DNA of 64,000 bases from NCBI GenBank assembly GCA_965140415.1, contig OZ223209.1, positions 293,974-357,973 of the forward strand. The letters run 5' to 3'. Under the pieces are notes generated by a model. That model was not told the origin of the DNA, did not search any database, and saw only the letters and a list, made by a program, of their open reading frames with translations. This stretch comes from Myxococcota bacterium. GTDB taxonomy: Bacteria > Myxococcota_A > SURF-8. The position numbers and the translations under genes are program-made. This document shows positions 1 to 10,378 of this stretch, piece after piece. Positions within the stretch are counted from its first letter, which is position 1; every line of letters begins with the position of its first letter.

Positions 1-1
1 T

Positions 2-1207
2 GGAACCCAGTACACCAGCGCCGGATTGCAGGATCTGATTCTGATCAAACTCAAACCGAACGGTGACCCGGATTGGGTGAAACAGTTCGGTTCCACCGGT
101 ACGGAAAACGGTGTGGATCTAACGGTTGATTCCATGGGCAATCTGATTCTAACCGGAACCTTTACCAGTGGATTCAGTTTTACAGCCGATACGACAGGCT
201 ACGTTCAAAGCAATGGTGGCCTGGATATCTACCTGGCCAAATTCGAAGCCGATGGAACTTTCACATGGGCAAAATCCTTCGGCGGCACGGATTTCGACGG
301 CATTCAGGATGTAGCCACTGATAGTGCGGACAATATTTACATTACCGGCCAATACAAGGGAACAATCAATTTCGGAACGACAGTGAACAGTGAAATGACT
401 TCCCATGGCGGGAATGACATTTACCTCGCCAAGTTCAATTCCTCCGGCGATCTACAATGGTCGAAAGGCTACGGAAACAGTGGTTCTTACCAGGATGGAA
501 TGGCGCTTGCGCTGGATGGCACGGAATCGGTGATTCTCGGCGGTTATTTTAGCGGTGACATGGATGTGGGCGGAAACACCTTACCCGAAGAAGGCTTGTA
601 CGATATCTTCGTAGCCAAATACGCTACCGACACCGGTCGCCACATCTGGTCGCATGTGTACGGCGACGCAGATGACGAGATGCTCAACGGTGTGGCAGTA
701 GGTCAGAACGGGCAGGTGATTGTAACCGGTTATTTCAATGGGACGATTACCTTCGACGACACACTCACGTCCACAGGGGGGGCGGATCTTTTCTATGCCG
801 TTCTGGATTCGGACGGCAGCGCGTTGTCTTCAAGACAATACGGCGATGGCAGCAACCAGTTCGGCGGACCGGTGCATACGGATTCCCAAAACCGAATCAT
901 CTGGGCTGGTGGTTTTTCGGGAACTTTGGATTTTGGTTTGGATTCGCCCATGGTCAGTCCCGGAGGCAGCGACATTTTCCTGGTTCTTTTCGAAGCGGAT
1001 GGAAGCATTGCATGGGGAAAGGCTTTCGGCAACACCAGTACAAACACACTCTCTTCCTTGGCTTTAGGAGGCGAACAGCGAATCGCCATCGGGGGGATTT
1101 ATCAGGGATGGATTGAATTCGTGCCGGGACAGGGACTTCCCATTTATGGAAATCGCGATATGTTTGCGGCCACCTTCCGGTATCCGCCGACAGCCAACAC
1201 CCCCTGA
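2..1207 (+). CDS. SBBP beta-propeller repeat protein, C-terminal fragment (5' end lies outside the window)
   Basis: Frame is open from the window edge with no upstream stop; the listed TTG at 26 is internal. Repeated ~45-aa units of the form DIYLAKF..DGT..W.K.FGG.D are typical of SBBP repeats. Stop at 1205-1207. Confidence 0.5.
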   Translation, partial: GTQYTSAGLQDLILIKLKPNGDPDWVKQFGSTGTENGVDLTVDSMGNLILTGTFTSGFSFTADTTGYVQSNGGLDIYLAKFEADGTFTWAKSFGGTDFDGIQDVATDSADNIYITGQYKGTINFGTTVNSEMTSHGGNDIYLAKFNSSGDLQWSKGYGNSGSYQDGMALALDGTESVILGGYFSGDMDVGGNTLPEEGLYDIFVAKYATDTGRHIWSHVYGDADDEMLNGVAVGQNGQVIVTGYFNGTITFDDTLTSTGGADLFYAVLDSDGSALSSRQYGDGSNQFGGPVHTDSQNRIIWAGGFSGTLDFGLDSPMVSPGGSDIFLVLFEADGSIAWGKAFGNTSTNTLSSLALGGEQRIAIGGIYQGWIEFVPGQGLPIYGNRDMFAATFRYPPTANTP

Positions 1208-1472
1208 TTCTTTACTGGGTATCGAGCGAATTTGGCGATACCTATCGCGATGTCATTTTATAACGACGAGACGTGAGTCCGGCTAAAAACGTCAACAATA
1301 ACGCTGGGCTTACGCACCACTGCCACAGAATTCAGAAAACATCTATCGCCAAAACCGATTACGAAAGGTTGTCTCGCGATACTTGAAATCATCAATTAAT
1401 ACTTTACAGCCAAGTCCAGATCGAACATACTCACGAACTGACTGGGAGTAGACCTGTTTCGGAGGATAAGCG

Positions 1473-4265
1473 ATGAAAGAGAAACGCTGGTTGGTAAAGG
1501 TTGTGTTGTTGTGTCTGGCTCTGATGCTATTCGGCTGCGGTTCCGGTTCCGATGCGGACCCCGCAGACGGTGATAGCGATACGGATGCGGCGACCGGCAG
1601 CTGTCTGCCCTTCTGCATGCGCGTGGTGGCTTGTGCGCCGGAAGTCGGCATCACGACCGCAAAATGCACCGCAGCCTGTGAAGATCCGGAATACTGGTTC
1701 TCCACCGTGGGCGGCACGGCCAGCTATTGCTGTGTCGAAAAGAGCGATTGCGACAGCTTCGTCGCCTGCCTGTTGGGCACGGATGGCTACCTCTGCGGGC
1801 AGACCGGCCCCTCCGGCGACTGCACCAACGGCGAGATGAGCTGCCAGGGTGACAGCACCATCGAATGCGAAAACGGCTCCTGGGCCGATCCCATTCCCTG
1901 CGGCGAAGGCAAAACCTGCAAAGATGGCGACTGCGTCGACAAAACCGTAACCAACGATTGCGAAGCGGACGTCGAAACCCGTTGCAAGGACGAAAACACC
2001 CTGCAAACCTGTAATGCCACCGGCGACGGTTGGGTGGATTCCGCCTGCGGCGACGATCTGTTCTGTTCCAACGGCCAGTGCGTCTCCCAGTTGTGCGAGC
2101 CGGAAACGGAAAAAAGCTGCGACGATCAGGGGCGCGTGGTGACCTGCAACGCCGCCGGCGATGGCTGGGAAGATCCCACCGAATGCTTGCAGGGTCAACG
2201 CTGCTTCGAAGGCCGCTGCATCAACGAGGGCGAATGGGTCTGTGAACCGCTTACGGAAACCCGCTGCACCGACGACGATCCGCCACGCCTGCAAACCTGC
2301 AACGCCGACGGCAGCGACTGGTCCACTCCGTTGAACTGCCCGGCGGGCACCGAGTGCATCGTCGATCATTGCGCCGAAGCGGCCTGCGAGCCGGGTGAGG
2401 ATTTCCGCTGCGCCGAGGATGGCCGCATTCAGTGGTGCAACACTTCCGGCAACGGTTACCTGCCGCCGGAAGACTGCCCCAGCGGCCTGACCTGCGTTAC
2501 CAATTCCGAAGACGGCTGCGGCGTTTCTACCAGTGTCTGTACGCCCAATGAATATTACTGCGAGGATCTGCACAACATCAAGCAATGCAACGCCACCGGC
2601 GACGGCTACCTGACGGGCCTGACTCCCTGCGATCCGAACTCGGTCGAAGGCAAGGAATGCCACAACGGCGAATGCATGGATCTGTGCGACATGGCCGAAG
2701 CCACCGATTCCTACATCGGCTGCGAATACTGGCCCATCGCCCTGCCCAATTCAGTGGACGACGACTTCAAAGAAGGTCAGGAATCCGAATTCGCGGTTGT
2801 CGTGGCCAATACCAACGAGGATTATACGGCGACCATCACCATTGAAAAAGGCATTTTCAACAAGGTCGTAACGATCCAGCCCGGCCAGCAAAAGACCATC
2901 CGCCTGCCCTACGATGACCGCGTGAACAGCTACAAGGCCAATTCCGCGTTTCGTTTGAGTTCCACCGTACCAGTTACGGTTTACCAGTTCAATCCGCTCA
3001 CCGCCGTGATCGGCTCCACCTACGCCAATACCAATGATGCTTCGCTGTTGTTACCGACTCACGTACTCGGCGAAGAGTATATGGTTATGAACTATCGCAC
3101 CTGGTATCGCTCCGCCGACAACATCACGTTTTCTGCCAGTAATTCTTTCTACACCATCGTCGGCACCGAAACCGGTACAACCGTTACGATCAAGCCTTCC
3201 GGTGAGACGGCTTCCGGCAGCGGCGTGCAGGCCATGTCACCGGGACAGGAATACACGTACACCTTGAATCGCGGTGAAGTATTGCAAGTGATCAGCAGTT
3301 CGGACAGCAGCCTGATCGATCAGAGTACCTGCGTGACGGAATCGAGTCCCTATACCACGATTAAGCAATACTGCCTGGGGCAGGAACTGACCGGAACGGA
3401 AATTCATACCAGCGCACCGGTGGCGGTTTACGCCGGTAACGAGTGCGAATTCGTGCCACATTATCGCTGGGCCTGTGACCATCTGGAACAGCAGATGTTC
3501 CCGACCGAATCCTGGACCACCCAGTATATCGCCGCCAAAATGCACACGCCGCTAAATACCGGCAGCACCGAGCAACCTAACCTGTATAAGATCGTCGCCT
3601 TGCAGGATGAAACGGTCATCACTACCGTACCGGAAGTCAATAACCAGTCCAGCCCCTTCCACAATCAGGCCTGTACCGGTCCTTTGGATCGCGGCGAGAG
3701 CTGCATCATCGAAACGCGCGACGATTTCATCCTGATGACCAACGCCGAGCATCCGGTGATGATCGGCCAGTTTTTAGTTGGACAGGATTTCTGGGGTATC
3801 AATTTAGTACCCTGTTACGCCGGTTGCGGTAGTGGTGAAATCTGTTACGATGCCGGTGGCTATTGCGTGCCTTCCTGCCAGGGTGGGTTACAATGCCCCG
3901 AAGGTAAGATCTGTCTGAACAACATGTACTGTATGGGCTACGGCGATCCGGCCTTCGTGCTGATTCCGCCGGTGGAACAATATCGCAAAGAATACGTATT
4001 CCTGGTACCCAGCACCTACGCCATCGATTATCTGACGCTGTTGACGACAAATCCTTCGGTGGAAATCACGCTGGACGGTTCGCCCTTGCAGACCAGCTTC
4101 ACGCAGATCGGCAGCCGCAACGCCTATCGCATGGAGATGAGCATCTCCGATGGTGCGCACACCTTAAGCGCAAGCAGCAAGGTGGGCTTGATGGTTTACG
4201 GCTACGACGCATATGTCTCTTACGCCTATCCGGGCGGACTGGATCTGTCGCTGGTGATCTACTAG
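1473..4265 (+). CDS. Cys-rich tandem-repeat lipoprotein with C-terminal beta-rich domain (IgGFc-binding/vWD-like)
   Basis: Signal peptide and lipobox (LMLFGCGSG), Asp-rich linker, then ~8 tandem ~40-aa repeats (C..C.D...TCNA.GDGW.D..C..G.C). C-terminal ~500 aa ends VYGYDAYVSYAYPGG, which I recall as IgGFc-binding-like. Confidence 0.55.
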   Translation: MKEKRWLVKVVLLCLALMLFGCGSGSDADPADGDSDTDAATGSCLPFCMRVVACAPEVGITTAKCTAACEDPEYWFSTVGGTASYCCVEKSDCDSFVACLLGTDGYLCGQTGPSGDCTNGEMSCQGDSTIECENGSWADPIPCGEGKTCKDGDCVDKTVTNDCEADVETRCKDENTLQTCNATGDGWVDSACGDDLFCSNGQCVSQLCEPETEKSCDDQGRVVTCNAAGDGWEDPTECLQGQRCFEGRCINEGEWVCEPLTETRCTDDDPPRLQTCNADGSDWSTPLNCPAGTECIVDHCAEAACEPGEDFRCAEDGRIQWCNTSGNGYLPPEDCPSGLTCVTNSEDGCGVSTSVCTPNEYYCEDLHNIKQCNATGDGYLTGLTPCDPNSVEGKECHNGECMDLCDMAEATDSYIGCEYWPIALPNSVDDDFKEGQESEFAVVVANTNEDYTATITIEKGIFNKVVTIQPGQQKTIRLPYDDRVNSYKANSAFRLSSTVPVTVYQFNPLTAVIGSTYANTNDASLLLPTHVLGEEYMVMNYRTWYRSADNITFSASNSFYTIVGTETGTTVTIKPSGETASGSGVQAMSPGQEYTYTLNRGEVLQVISSSDSSLIDQSTCVTESSPYTTIKQYCLGQELTGTEIHTSAPVAVYAGNECEFVPHYRWACDHLEQQMFPTESWTTQYIAAKMHTPLNTGSTEQPNLYKIVALQDETVITTVPEVNNQSSPFHNQACTGPLDRGESCIIETRDDFILMTNAEHPVMIGQFLVGQDFWGINLVPCYAGCGSGEICYDAGGYCVPSCQGGLQCPEGKICLNNMYCMGYGDPAFVLIPPVEQYRKEYVFLVPSTYAIDYLTLLTTNPSVEITLDGSPLQTSFTQIGSRNAYRMEMSISDGAHTLSASSKVGLMVYGYDAYVSYAYPGGLDLSLVIY

Positions 4266-4292
4266 CCGACGATACCTCATCGTAAACGTAAC

Positions 4293-4327
4293 GAAGGGAG
4301 CCGCAACCGGCTCCCTTCTGCTTTTAT
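4293..4327 (+). terminator. Rho-independent terminator between convergent genes
   Basis: Perfect 11-bp stem GAAGGGAGCCG/CGGCTCCCTTC with loop CAAC, followed by TGCTTTTAT; 28 nt after the stop of the 1473-4265 gene. Confidence 0.6.
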
Positions 4328-4364
4328 GGCATTCGGCGAATGGATTCGAAGCAACCGGTCGCAG

Positions 4365-6023
4365 TCAGTGATGATTTGACCGTTTCAGGCTTTCCAGATA
4401 GGCTCTGATTTCTTCATCCGGTCGATCCGCTTCACCGGGCTCTTGCAGCAGATCTTCCAGCACCGAGACGGCCTGATTCGTTTCACCCTGCGCCGCCAGG
4501 GCCTGGGCAAGGTGGAAACGGAACATGCCATGAGGCTGAATCTCATAAGCCTTCCGGAACAGGATCTGGGCCGCCGCAGGATTTCCCTGCTTGAGTTGAA
4601 TCCGACCGCAGACACTATTCGCGTTCGCCAGAAATTCACGATCGGTTTTCGTCCATGCGCGTTCCGATCGCAATGCGCTATCGATTCTGGGTAACATTTT
4701 TACGCACTGCTTCTCGGCGGCCTCGATCAACCGGTGTTCCGACAACCACGTGGCCAATGTGACATCGACGCGCAAAGTGGCCCTATCGCTCATCGAGTCG
4801 GCAGCAAAGAGCGTGCCGTCGCCCTGCCAGTCCAGCGATCGCAGATGAACTTTTGCGCCCCAGATGAGTGAAAGCAGGATCACAGCGGCAAAAGCGAGCC
4901 TGGCGATCCGCCGATTAGCTTGTACCTGTTGCAAACCCCAAGCCAGCAACAGCATGACGCCGACCAGCGGGAGATGAAGAAAACGGGGAGCGAAAATGCA
5001 ATAGGCCAGTATGACCATGTTGGAAGCCAGGCTCAAGGTGGCCGGATACCAGAGCATCATCCACAGATGGCCCGGTTTCTTTTTCCAGACCTTCCATGTA
5101 GCAAGTGCGTATGCAAGCAACAACAGCAGCGCAGCGCCTCCCTGCCAGGCAGGGGGGATTCCGGTTACCGGATAGGTGAAGTCCGCTCGAGCACCGGCGA
5201 ACCCGCTGAGATGCATCAGATAATTCAATTGAAGTCCGAGAGCGGCCCACCAGGCTTCAAGTCTCGGAAGTTCATGCAGTTGATTGTCCACCAGAGGCAC
5301 CTGGCTGCCTTCGAAAGCACCGAAGAGCAGCCTCTGATAAAGCAGGTAGGCCAAGGCGACTGCAATCAGTGACAGCGTGCAGGCTGCTTGAGAGGCAATG
5401 CGCCCGCCCTTTCGTTGGTCGGGAAACCAGATGAGGGCAAGGGCCGGAACGATCAACGTGATTCCGTTTTCCTTGGCCAGGATGGCGCAGAGATACAATA
5501 GGGCAGCCGCCAGTGCCACACGCTTGCTTGCTTGCGGAAATTTCAACAAGACAATAACAAGCAGCAGAGCGAAAATCGTACATAGAATTTCCGCTCGTCC
5601 GACGACGGGATTCACGTTTTCCGCCAGTACGGGATGCAATAGAAAAAGCAGGCTACAGGCAAAGGCCGGGATTCGATCGAAAAAGCGCCGCGCCAGCAGG
5701 AAAAGCAAAAAGGCCGAAAGAGCGTGCAGCAGAATATTGTTCAGTCTGAAGACGAAGGGATTGAAATCGAAAATCTGCTTCTCGAGCATGAAACTGGCCG
5801 TGGTCAGCGGCCTGAAAGTCCGGGCATAGGTGAACCAGTTGCTACTCAGCAGGTCCGACCATTGAAGCTCCGCAACCGTTGGGTTGTTAAGCAGCGCTTC
5901 ATGGTCATCGAATACGAAATTCCCGGATAAGGATGGAAAATAAGCCGCCATGGCACAAACGAGCAGGACAAACAGAATGAAAATGTTTGTACGAGCAACT
6001 TGATCACCGGAATAACTGTCCAA
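4365..6023 (-). CDS. TPR-repeat integral membrane protein (TMTC/PMT-like putative glycosyltransferase)
   Basis: Multi-pass membrane N-terminal region with YFPSLSGNFVFDDHEALLNNP motif and C-terminal TPR repeats. The listed ORF start (6257) is a translated intergenic repeat; the likely start is the TTG at 6021-6023 with a GGAAGGGG SD (alternative ATG at 5951). Confidence 0.5.
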   Translation of the reverse strand: MDSYSGDQVARTNIFILFVLLVCAMAAYFPSLSGNFVFDDHEALLNNPTVAELQWSDLLSSNWFTYARTFRPLTTASFMLEKQIFDFNPFVFRLNNILLHALSAFLLFLLARRFFDRIPAFACSLLFLLHPVLAENVNPVVGRAEILCTIFALLLVIVLLKFPQASKRVALAAALLYLCAILAKENGITLIVPALALIWFPDQRKGGRIASQAACTLSLIAVALAYLLYQRLLFGAFEGSQVPLVDNQLHELPRLEAWWAALGLQLNYLMHLSGFAGARADFTYPVTGIPPAWQGGAALLLLLAYALATWKVWKKKPGHLWMMLWYPATLSLASNMVILAYCIFAPRFLHLPLVGVMLLLAWGLQQVQANRRIARLAFAAVILLSLIWGAKVHLRSLDWQGDGTLFAADSMSDRATLRVDVTLATWLSEHRLIEAAEKQCVKMLPRIDSALRSERAWTKTDREFLANANSVCGRIQLKQGNPAAAQILFRKAYEIQPHGMFRFHLAQALAAQGETNQAVSVLEDLLQEPGEADRPDEEIRAYLESLKRSNHH

Positions 6024-6179
6024 TACAAAGTCCCCTTCCCTCGGGTTGCTTGTTTCTCGCTGGCCGCTTTTCGATGAGTTATTATAACGTAGAAGCGCAG
6101 ATGGAATCCAAGTATTATTCACACGCTTCACCGGCTGGGCAGCATCACAAGAAGTTGCAAACCTGTATGATTTCTGGGT

Positions 6180-6259
6180 GGCGCGGGCTAAGCCGCAGAC
6201 TTGCCCGTGGTCATCAAGAGCCACATGGGCATGCTCCGTTTCACTTCGCTTGGCCAATG
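6180..6259 (-). repeat. REP-like ~80-bp hairpin repeat, copy A
   Basis: Reverse complement aligns with copies at 28510-28586, 34038-34111 and 54709-54786; shared core GCTTGCCCATGTGGCTCT...GGCAAG.CTGCGG.TTAGCCCGCGC. Confidence 0.6.
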
Positions 6260-6388
6260 ATTCCCGTTTTCAAAGCCAATCGCAATATCTTGTGATGCAC
6301 CCTAACCACTTGAAGAAATATGGAAACTCTTGACAATCGGGGGCTTGCGGGTAATCGTGTCCTTTCCGTCTTAGGGAAAGGATTCAAG

Positions 6389-7366
6389 ATGTTCCGTTGT
6401 CTGTTGTTCTACCGTTTCTTCCTGCTTTGTCTTTCCATAACACTACTGCTGTTGGGCTGCCACTCGGATGACTCTCCTTCATATGAAGGCGATGATTCCG
6501 AATGGGATGAATCTTCCGATGGTGACCTGGATCTGGAAGCGGAACCGGATATCGAACCGGAAGCAGAGAGCGCACCAACTCCCCGGCGCTGCAATGGGTT
6601 TACCGAATTGTGCGAGCGCCGCTATAACGAAGTCGCCTACGCCACCAGCCACAATGCAATGAGCAACGAACAAGATGGCTGGGTGGCTGCCAATCAATAC
6701 CTGCCGATTCCGCGTCAATTGCAAGATGGTGTTCGTGGCTTCATGCTGGATGTCTATCTTTATGAAAACGAATTGCACCTTTGCCACGGCGACTGCCTGT
6801 TCGGAAAGATTCTGCTGCGTGATGCGCTGCAACTGTTCAAGGATTTCATGGACGAGAACCCGAACGAGATCTGTACCTTGATACTGGAAAGCTATGCAGA
6901 CAGCGACGCTATCTTTGCCATGTTTGAGCAAGTTGGGTTGTCCTCCATGCTGTTTCGGAAATCGGAGGAAAATGACTGGCCGAGTTTAAATGAGATGATC
7001 GATGCGGAAACCCGCTTGGTCGTTTTTACAGACGATCAGACGTCAACGGTGCCGGACTTTCATTATGTCTGGGATTATTGCTGGGACACACCATGGCAGG
7101 TGATGGAGCAGGAAGATTTCACGTGTCGAATTCTACGCGGCGACCGGCAAAACGAGTTGTTCATCCTGAATCACATCCTTTACGGCGCTTTCGATTTACC
7201 CGATGCGACTAAAGCCGAACAAGCCAATAGCAATCCGTTTTTCCTCTCACGCGCACAGCAGTGCCAGCAAGAAAGCGGCCAGCTACCCAACTTCATCACG
7301 GTCGATTTTTATTCGCTCGGTAATCTGTTCGATGTCGTTGACGCATTGAATGGCGTGCAACACTAA
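6389..7366 (+). CDS. Secreted lipoprotein, PLC-like phosphodiesterase (PI-PLC X-domain-like)
   Basis: ATG at 6389 with GGAAAGGA SD; signal peptide and lipobox (LLLLGC), D/E-rich linker, then CNGFTELCERRYNEVAYATSHNAM...LHLCHGDC, which resembles PLC-like phosphodiesterases. Confidence 0.4.
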   Translation: MFRCLLFYRFFLLCLSITLLLLGCHSDDSPSYEGDDSEWDESSDGDLDLEAEPDIEPEAESAPTPRRCNGFTELCERRYNEVAYATSHNAMSNEQDGWVAANQYLPIPRQLQDGVRGFMLDVYLYENELHLCHGDCLFGKILLRDALQLFKDFMDENPNEICTLILESYADSDAIFAMFEQVGLSSMLFRKSEENDWPSLNEMIDAETRLVVFTDDQTSTVPDFHYVWDYCWDTPWQVMEQEDFTCRILRGDRQNELFILNHILYGAFDLPDATKAEQANSNPFFLSRAQQCQQESGQLPNFITVDFYSLGNLFDVVDALNGVQH

Positions 7367-7394
7367 GGGACGTTTGTATTCGTCAATCGATCCT

Positions 7395-8939
7395 TCAGCG
7401 TCCGGATAAAAACTCATTGACGCGGTTGCAGGCGTCCAGACCCATGCTCTTAATGGCGGCGGGCGATTCGGGATCGGCAGCCAATACCGCTTCCAGATCG
7501 ACCAGCGGATAGTCGGTTCCCAGCCATTCGTTGATTGCCTCCAGGTAGAGATTGGCGACTACGGCATAGCCGGTATTGGTAAAGTGGGTGCCGTCCAGTC
7601 CGACCAGACCACCGAACTTTTGTACGCCAAGCTGCTCCGTGCCGACCGTCAATCCGTTTTCGGCAATTTCTTCCGCCCAGCCAAAAAGGTCGACAACATG
7701 AATATTATCATAGGGTTCCACTAGTTCCAGCAAGGCAGCGTTGGCCTGTGCACCCAGTTCGTCCACAGAGGCGATATCGGCGCTGATTTCGGCGGGCGTC
7801 ATGCCCGCTTCCAGCGAACGCGCCCCCTGATCGATGGCGCTTGGCAGTACGCTCGGGCGCGGCAGCGTTCCCAGAAACACATCCGCTCCACTATCGGCCA
7901 GCACCTGCAACACATCCGCCAGATTCGTGCGCAGTTCATCGATGGGTGTGGACAGCGAGAAGTCGATCTGATTGCCGCCACCCAACCCCCAGATGACATC
8001 GTTGCCAAAGAGATCGGTCGTCAATATCAGGCTGGGCGACTGATCCAGCACGTGATCGAGTTGCGCACCCTGCACGGGATCCAGAATTTCCGCATGGGGA
8101 TCGAATACCATGTGGCTTAGCAGTACACCGCCGGTATTGCCTTGATCGGGACCGTGCAGCATTTCACCGACAATGGTGTTGCCTACCGCCAGATTCGCCG
8201 GTTCCAGTTCGGGGCTAAGCAGCCCGTTATGGAAGGAAAAATCTCCAGTGTCGGGATCGGTGAATTTCGGCAGGACGCTGCTCAACGCTCCGACAATATG
8301 ATCCGCCGTGGCGGGCACGCGGCACTCGGGCGCAGGACCGATCTGCTCAGAACTGATACGCGGAAAGAGGCCGGGTTTCAATAATGGCAGCGGCATATAG
8401 GCTCCAAGCTGACGCGCCACCTGCGCTGCCGGACTCATCAAGGAACCCTGGTAACTGGGAACGCCGCACTGCACACCCTGCGTCAGGCTGGCACCAAAGG
8501 CCACCACGCGCGCAAGTTCCGGCTCGGTTGGCGTATCATAGGTAAAGCAGGTACCTAGCGGAACAGTATCTCCTCCTCTGGAAAGTTCAATCTCGACTGC
8601 GCCTCCCTGCGGGTGGCCTTGCACCATAATCGTCAGATCGCCGGATTCGGTGACTTCAAGATCGATCGCCGGAATGCCACCGACCGTTAACGCGTCGATA
8701 TCCTGTGCTTCGATATCCGTCTGGGAAAGTTGTAATGTGATCGGCACGTAACCGAACGCACTTGCACTGGAAGGTTCAACCCCACAAAGGCAATCCGTGA
8801 CAGTCGAATCGCCGTCCAGTTCCAGATCGCTGTCGCCATCTGCGCCGGAATCCGTATCGGAGTTACAACCGACAAATAACAGAGTCAGACAGAAAATAAA
8901 CAACGCCGCAGAGCCGCGCCATCCGTTAGCGATTCGCAT
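7395..8939 (-). CDS. SGNH/GDSL-family hydrolase lipoprotein
   Basis: Lipobox (LLFVGCNSD) with Asp-rich linker; VVAFGASLTQG block (GDS-like with Ser) and C-terminal DGTHFTNTGY (DxxH catalytic block). Confidence 0.5.
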   Translation of the reverse strand: MRIANGWRGSAALFIFCLTLLFVGCNSDTDSGADGDSDLELDGDSTVTDCLCGVEPSSASAFGYVPITLQLSQTDIEAQDIDALTVGGIPAIDLEVTESGDLTIMVQGHPQGGAVEIELSRGGDTVPLGTCFTYDTPTEPELARVVAFGASLTQGVQCGVPSYQGSLMSPAAQVARQLGAYMPLPLLKPGLFPRISSEQIGPAPECRVPATADHIVGALSSVLPKFTDPDTGDFSFHNGLLSPELEPANLAVGNTIVGEMLHGPDQGNTGGVLLSHMVFDPHAEILDPVQGAQLDHVLDQSPSLILTTDLFGNDVIWGLGGGNQIDFSLSTPIDELRTNLADVLQVLADSGADVFLGTLPRPSVLPSAIDQGARSLEAGMTPAEISADIASVDELGAQANAALLELVEPYDNIHVVDLFGWAEEIAENGLTVGTEQLGVQKFGGLVGLDGTHFTNTGYAVVANLYLEAINEWLGTDYPLVDLEAVLAADPESPAAIKSMGLDACNRVNEFLSGR

Positions 8940-9052
8940 TATCCATCTCCCTGATTCGAGTTTTACAAGGCATTACGCTGTTTCATGATGCGCTATCGTA
9001 GCACGAACGCGGGAAAAATCCAGCGCAACCGGTACAAAAAGCAGGGCAGGTT

Positions 9053-10378
9053 CTATGCCGTGGGTTGTGAATCAAAGGGTCCGGAGTTTGTTTTGGGCCA
9101 ACTCGTGAGGATGCTCGCTCCGCCCTCGGGGGCGTCTTCGATCCAGATCTTCCCGCCGTGTCGCTGTACGATACGCGATACGATGGCCAGTCCCAGGCCG
9201 ACGCCGCCCTGCTGGCGCGAACGGCTGGCCTCAATGCGCGAGAACGGCTCCAATACGCTCTGACGCAAATCGGCGGGAATGCCGGGGCCGTCGTCCCGAA
9301 TGGAGACAACAACGTGCTCTCCTTCGTCTTTTACTTCGATCGTGACATGCTTTTCGGCATAGCGTACTGCGTTGCGCAGCAGGTTTTCAATGGCGCGTTC
9401 GAAATGGGTGGGAACCGCCGAAATCGTGTATGATTCCGATTTATCGGGCAATTGCAACGTGATGTTCTTTCCGGGTGGGCAGTGATTTCCTTCAATCTCA
9501 GCCAGGACTTCCAAAGAAAAGCACAGATCCATTTCCACCGGTTTCAATACGGCGGCATCCGCTTCCACCCAGTCGATCAGCTCCTGTCCCAGTTCGTCCA
9601 GCTCGCATAGCTCATCGTCCAGTTGATTCAGCCGTTGCCGTTGCGCATCGTCCATCACGAGATTTCGCAGCAGTTCGATGTGAAAGCGCATGCGCGCCAA
9701 CGGCGTCCCGATTTCATGTGACACCGCCTGCAACAATTCCTGGCGTTGCTCGAAAAGATCCTTGAGCCGTTTGGCCATGGTGTTCATGCTCTTGGCTAAA
9801 AGGCTCAACTCATCCTTTCCGTACGCTTCAACGCGCGTGTCCAGATTGCCTCTGCTGATATCCTGCACTCCCTTGGTCAGTGCACGTACTCGTCGCCTGA
9901 GTGGAACTCCGATCAGGATTCCGACAATGACCATACCAAGAAAGAGAAAAGTCAACCAGACGATGGCAATGTGATAGGGGAACGCCGGTGAACGAAAAGG
10001 TCCGATGAGCAGGTAATGAGTTCCGCCGTGCAGCGGCAGATACGCGCGCCCTTTCTCGGGCGGGAAACCGCTTTCGAAATTGAAATCGTCGGGATCAAGC
10101 GGTTTTTGCAACTGGGTGGAGGCCTGTTCGACGGTCAGAATTTCCAGCGGCATATTGAAATGCGGTTGCATTTCTTCCAATAGCGCGGACCATTGCTCGG
10201 GGGGCGTCTGTTCCAGTTGAGCCTGTACCCAGTAGCCGCCGTATCCAAGAATCAGATTCATAAATTTTTCTGGGAATTCGTCCTCAAGCTGGCTGACAAT
10301 GATGACCATGACGATGATGGTCGTGGCCAGGGCAATCACAAGACCGAGAAAGATTTTTTGAAAGAGGTTGGGAATCAT
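9053..10378 (-). CDS. Sensor histidine kinase (membrane, OmpR-partner type)
   Basis: Two TM segments flanking a periplasmic domain; H-box SHEIGTPLARM; ATPase motifs (LLRNAVRYA, DDGPGIP, GGVGLGLAIV). Start overlaps the stop of the upstream response-regulator gene. Confidence 0.8.
   Translation of the reverse strand: MIPNLFQKIFLGLVIALATTIIVMVIIVSQLEDEFPEKFMNLILGYGGYWVQAQLEQTPPEQWSALLEEMQPHFNMPLEILTVEQASTQLQKPLDPDDFNFESGFPPEKGRAYLPLHGGTHYLLIGPFRSPAFPYHIAIVWLTFLFLGMVIVGILIGVPLRRRVRALTKGVQDISRGNLDTRVEAYGKDELSLLAKSMNTMAKRLKDLFEQRQELLQAVSHEIGTPLARMRFHIELLRNLVMDDAQRQRLNQLDDELCELDELGQELIDWVEADAAVLKPVEMDLCFSLEVLAEIEGNHCPPGKNITLQLPDKSESYTISAVPTHFERAIENLLRNAVRYAEKHVTIEVKDEGEHVVVSIRDDGPGIPADLRQSVLEPFSRIEASRSRQQGGVGLGLAIVSRIVQRHGGKIWIEDAPEGGASILTSWPKTNSGPFDSQPTA

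Noticed and set aside
1527-2663. 378-aa minus-strand ORF antisense to the Cys-rich lipoprotein gene
   Set aside because: Ala/Gly/Val-rich low-complexity translation typical of an antisense frame in GC-rich coding DNA; the plus-strand gene has signal peptide, lipobox and repeats.
6024-6257. N-terminal 78 aa of listed ORF 4365-6257 (MAKRSETEHAHVALDDHGQVCGLARA...), and listed ORFs 28491-28706 and 54652-54918
   Set aside because: These peptides are translations of the REP-like repeat; similar peptides recur because the DNA repeat recurs, not because a protein is conserved.
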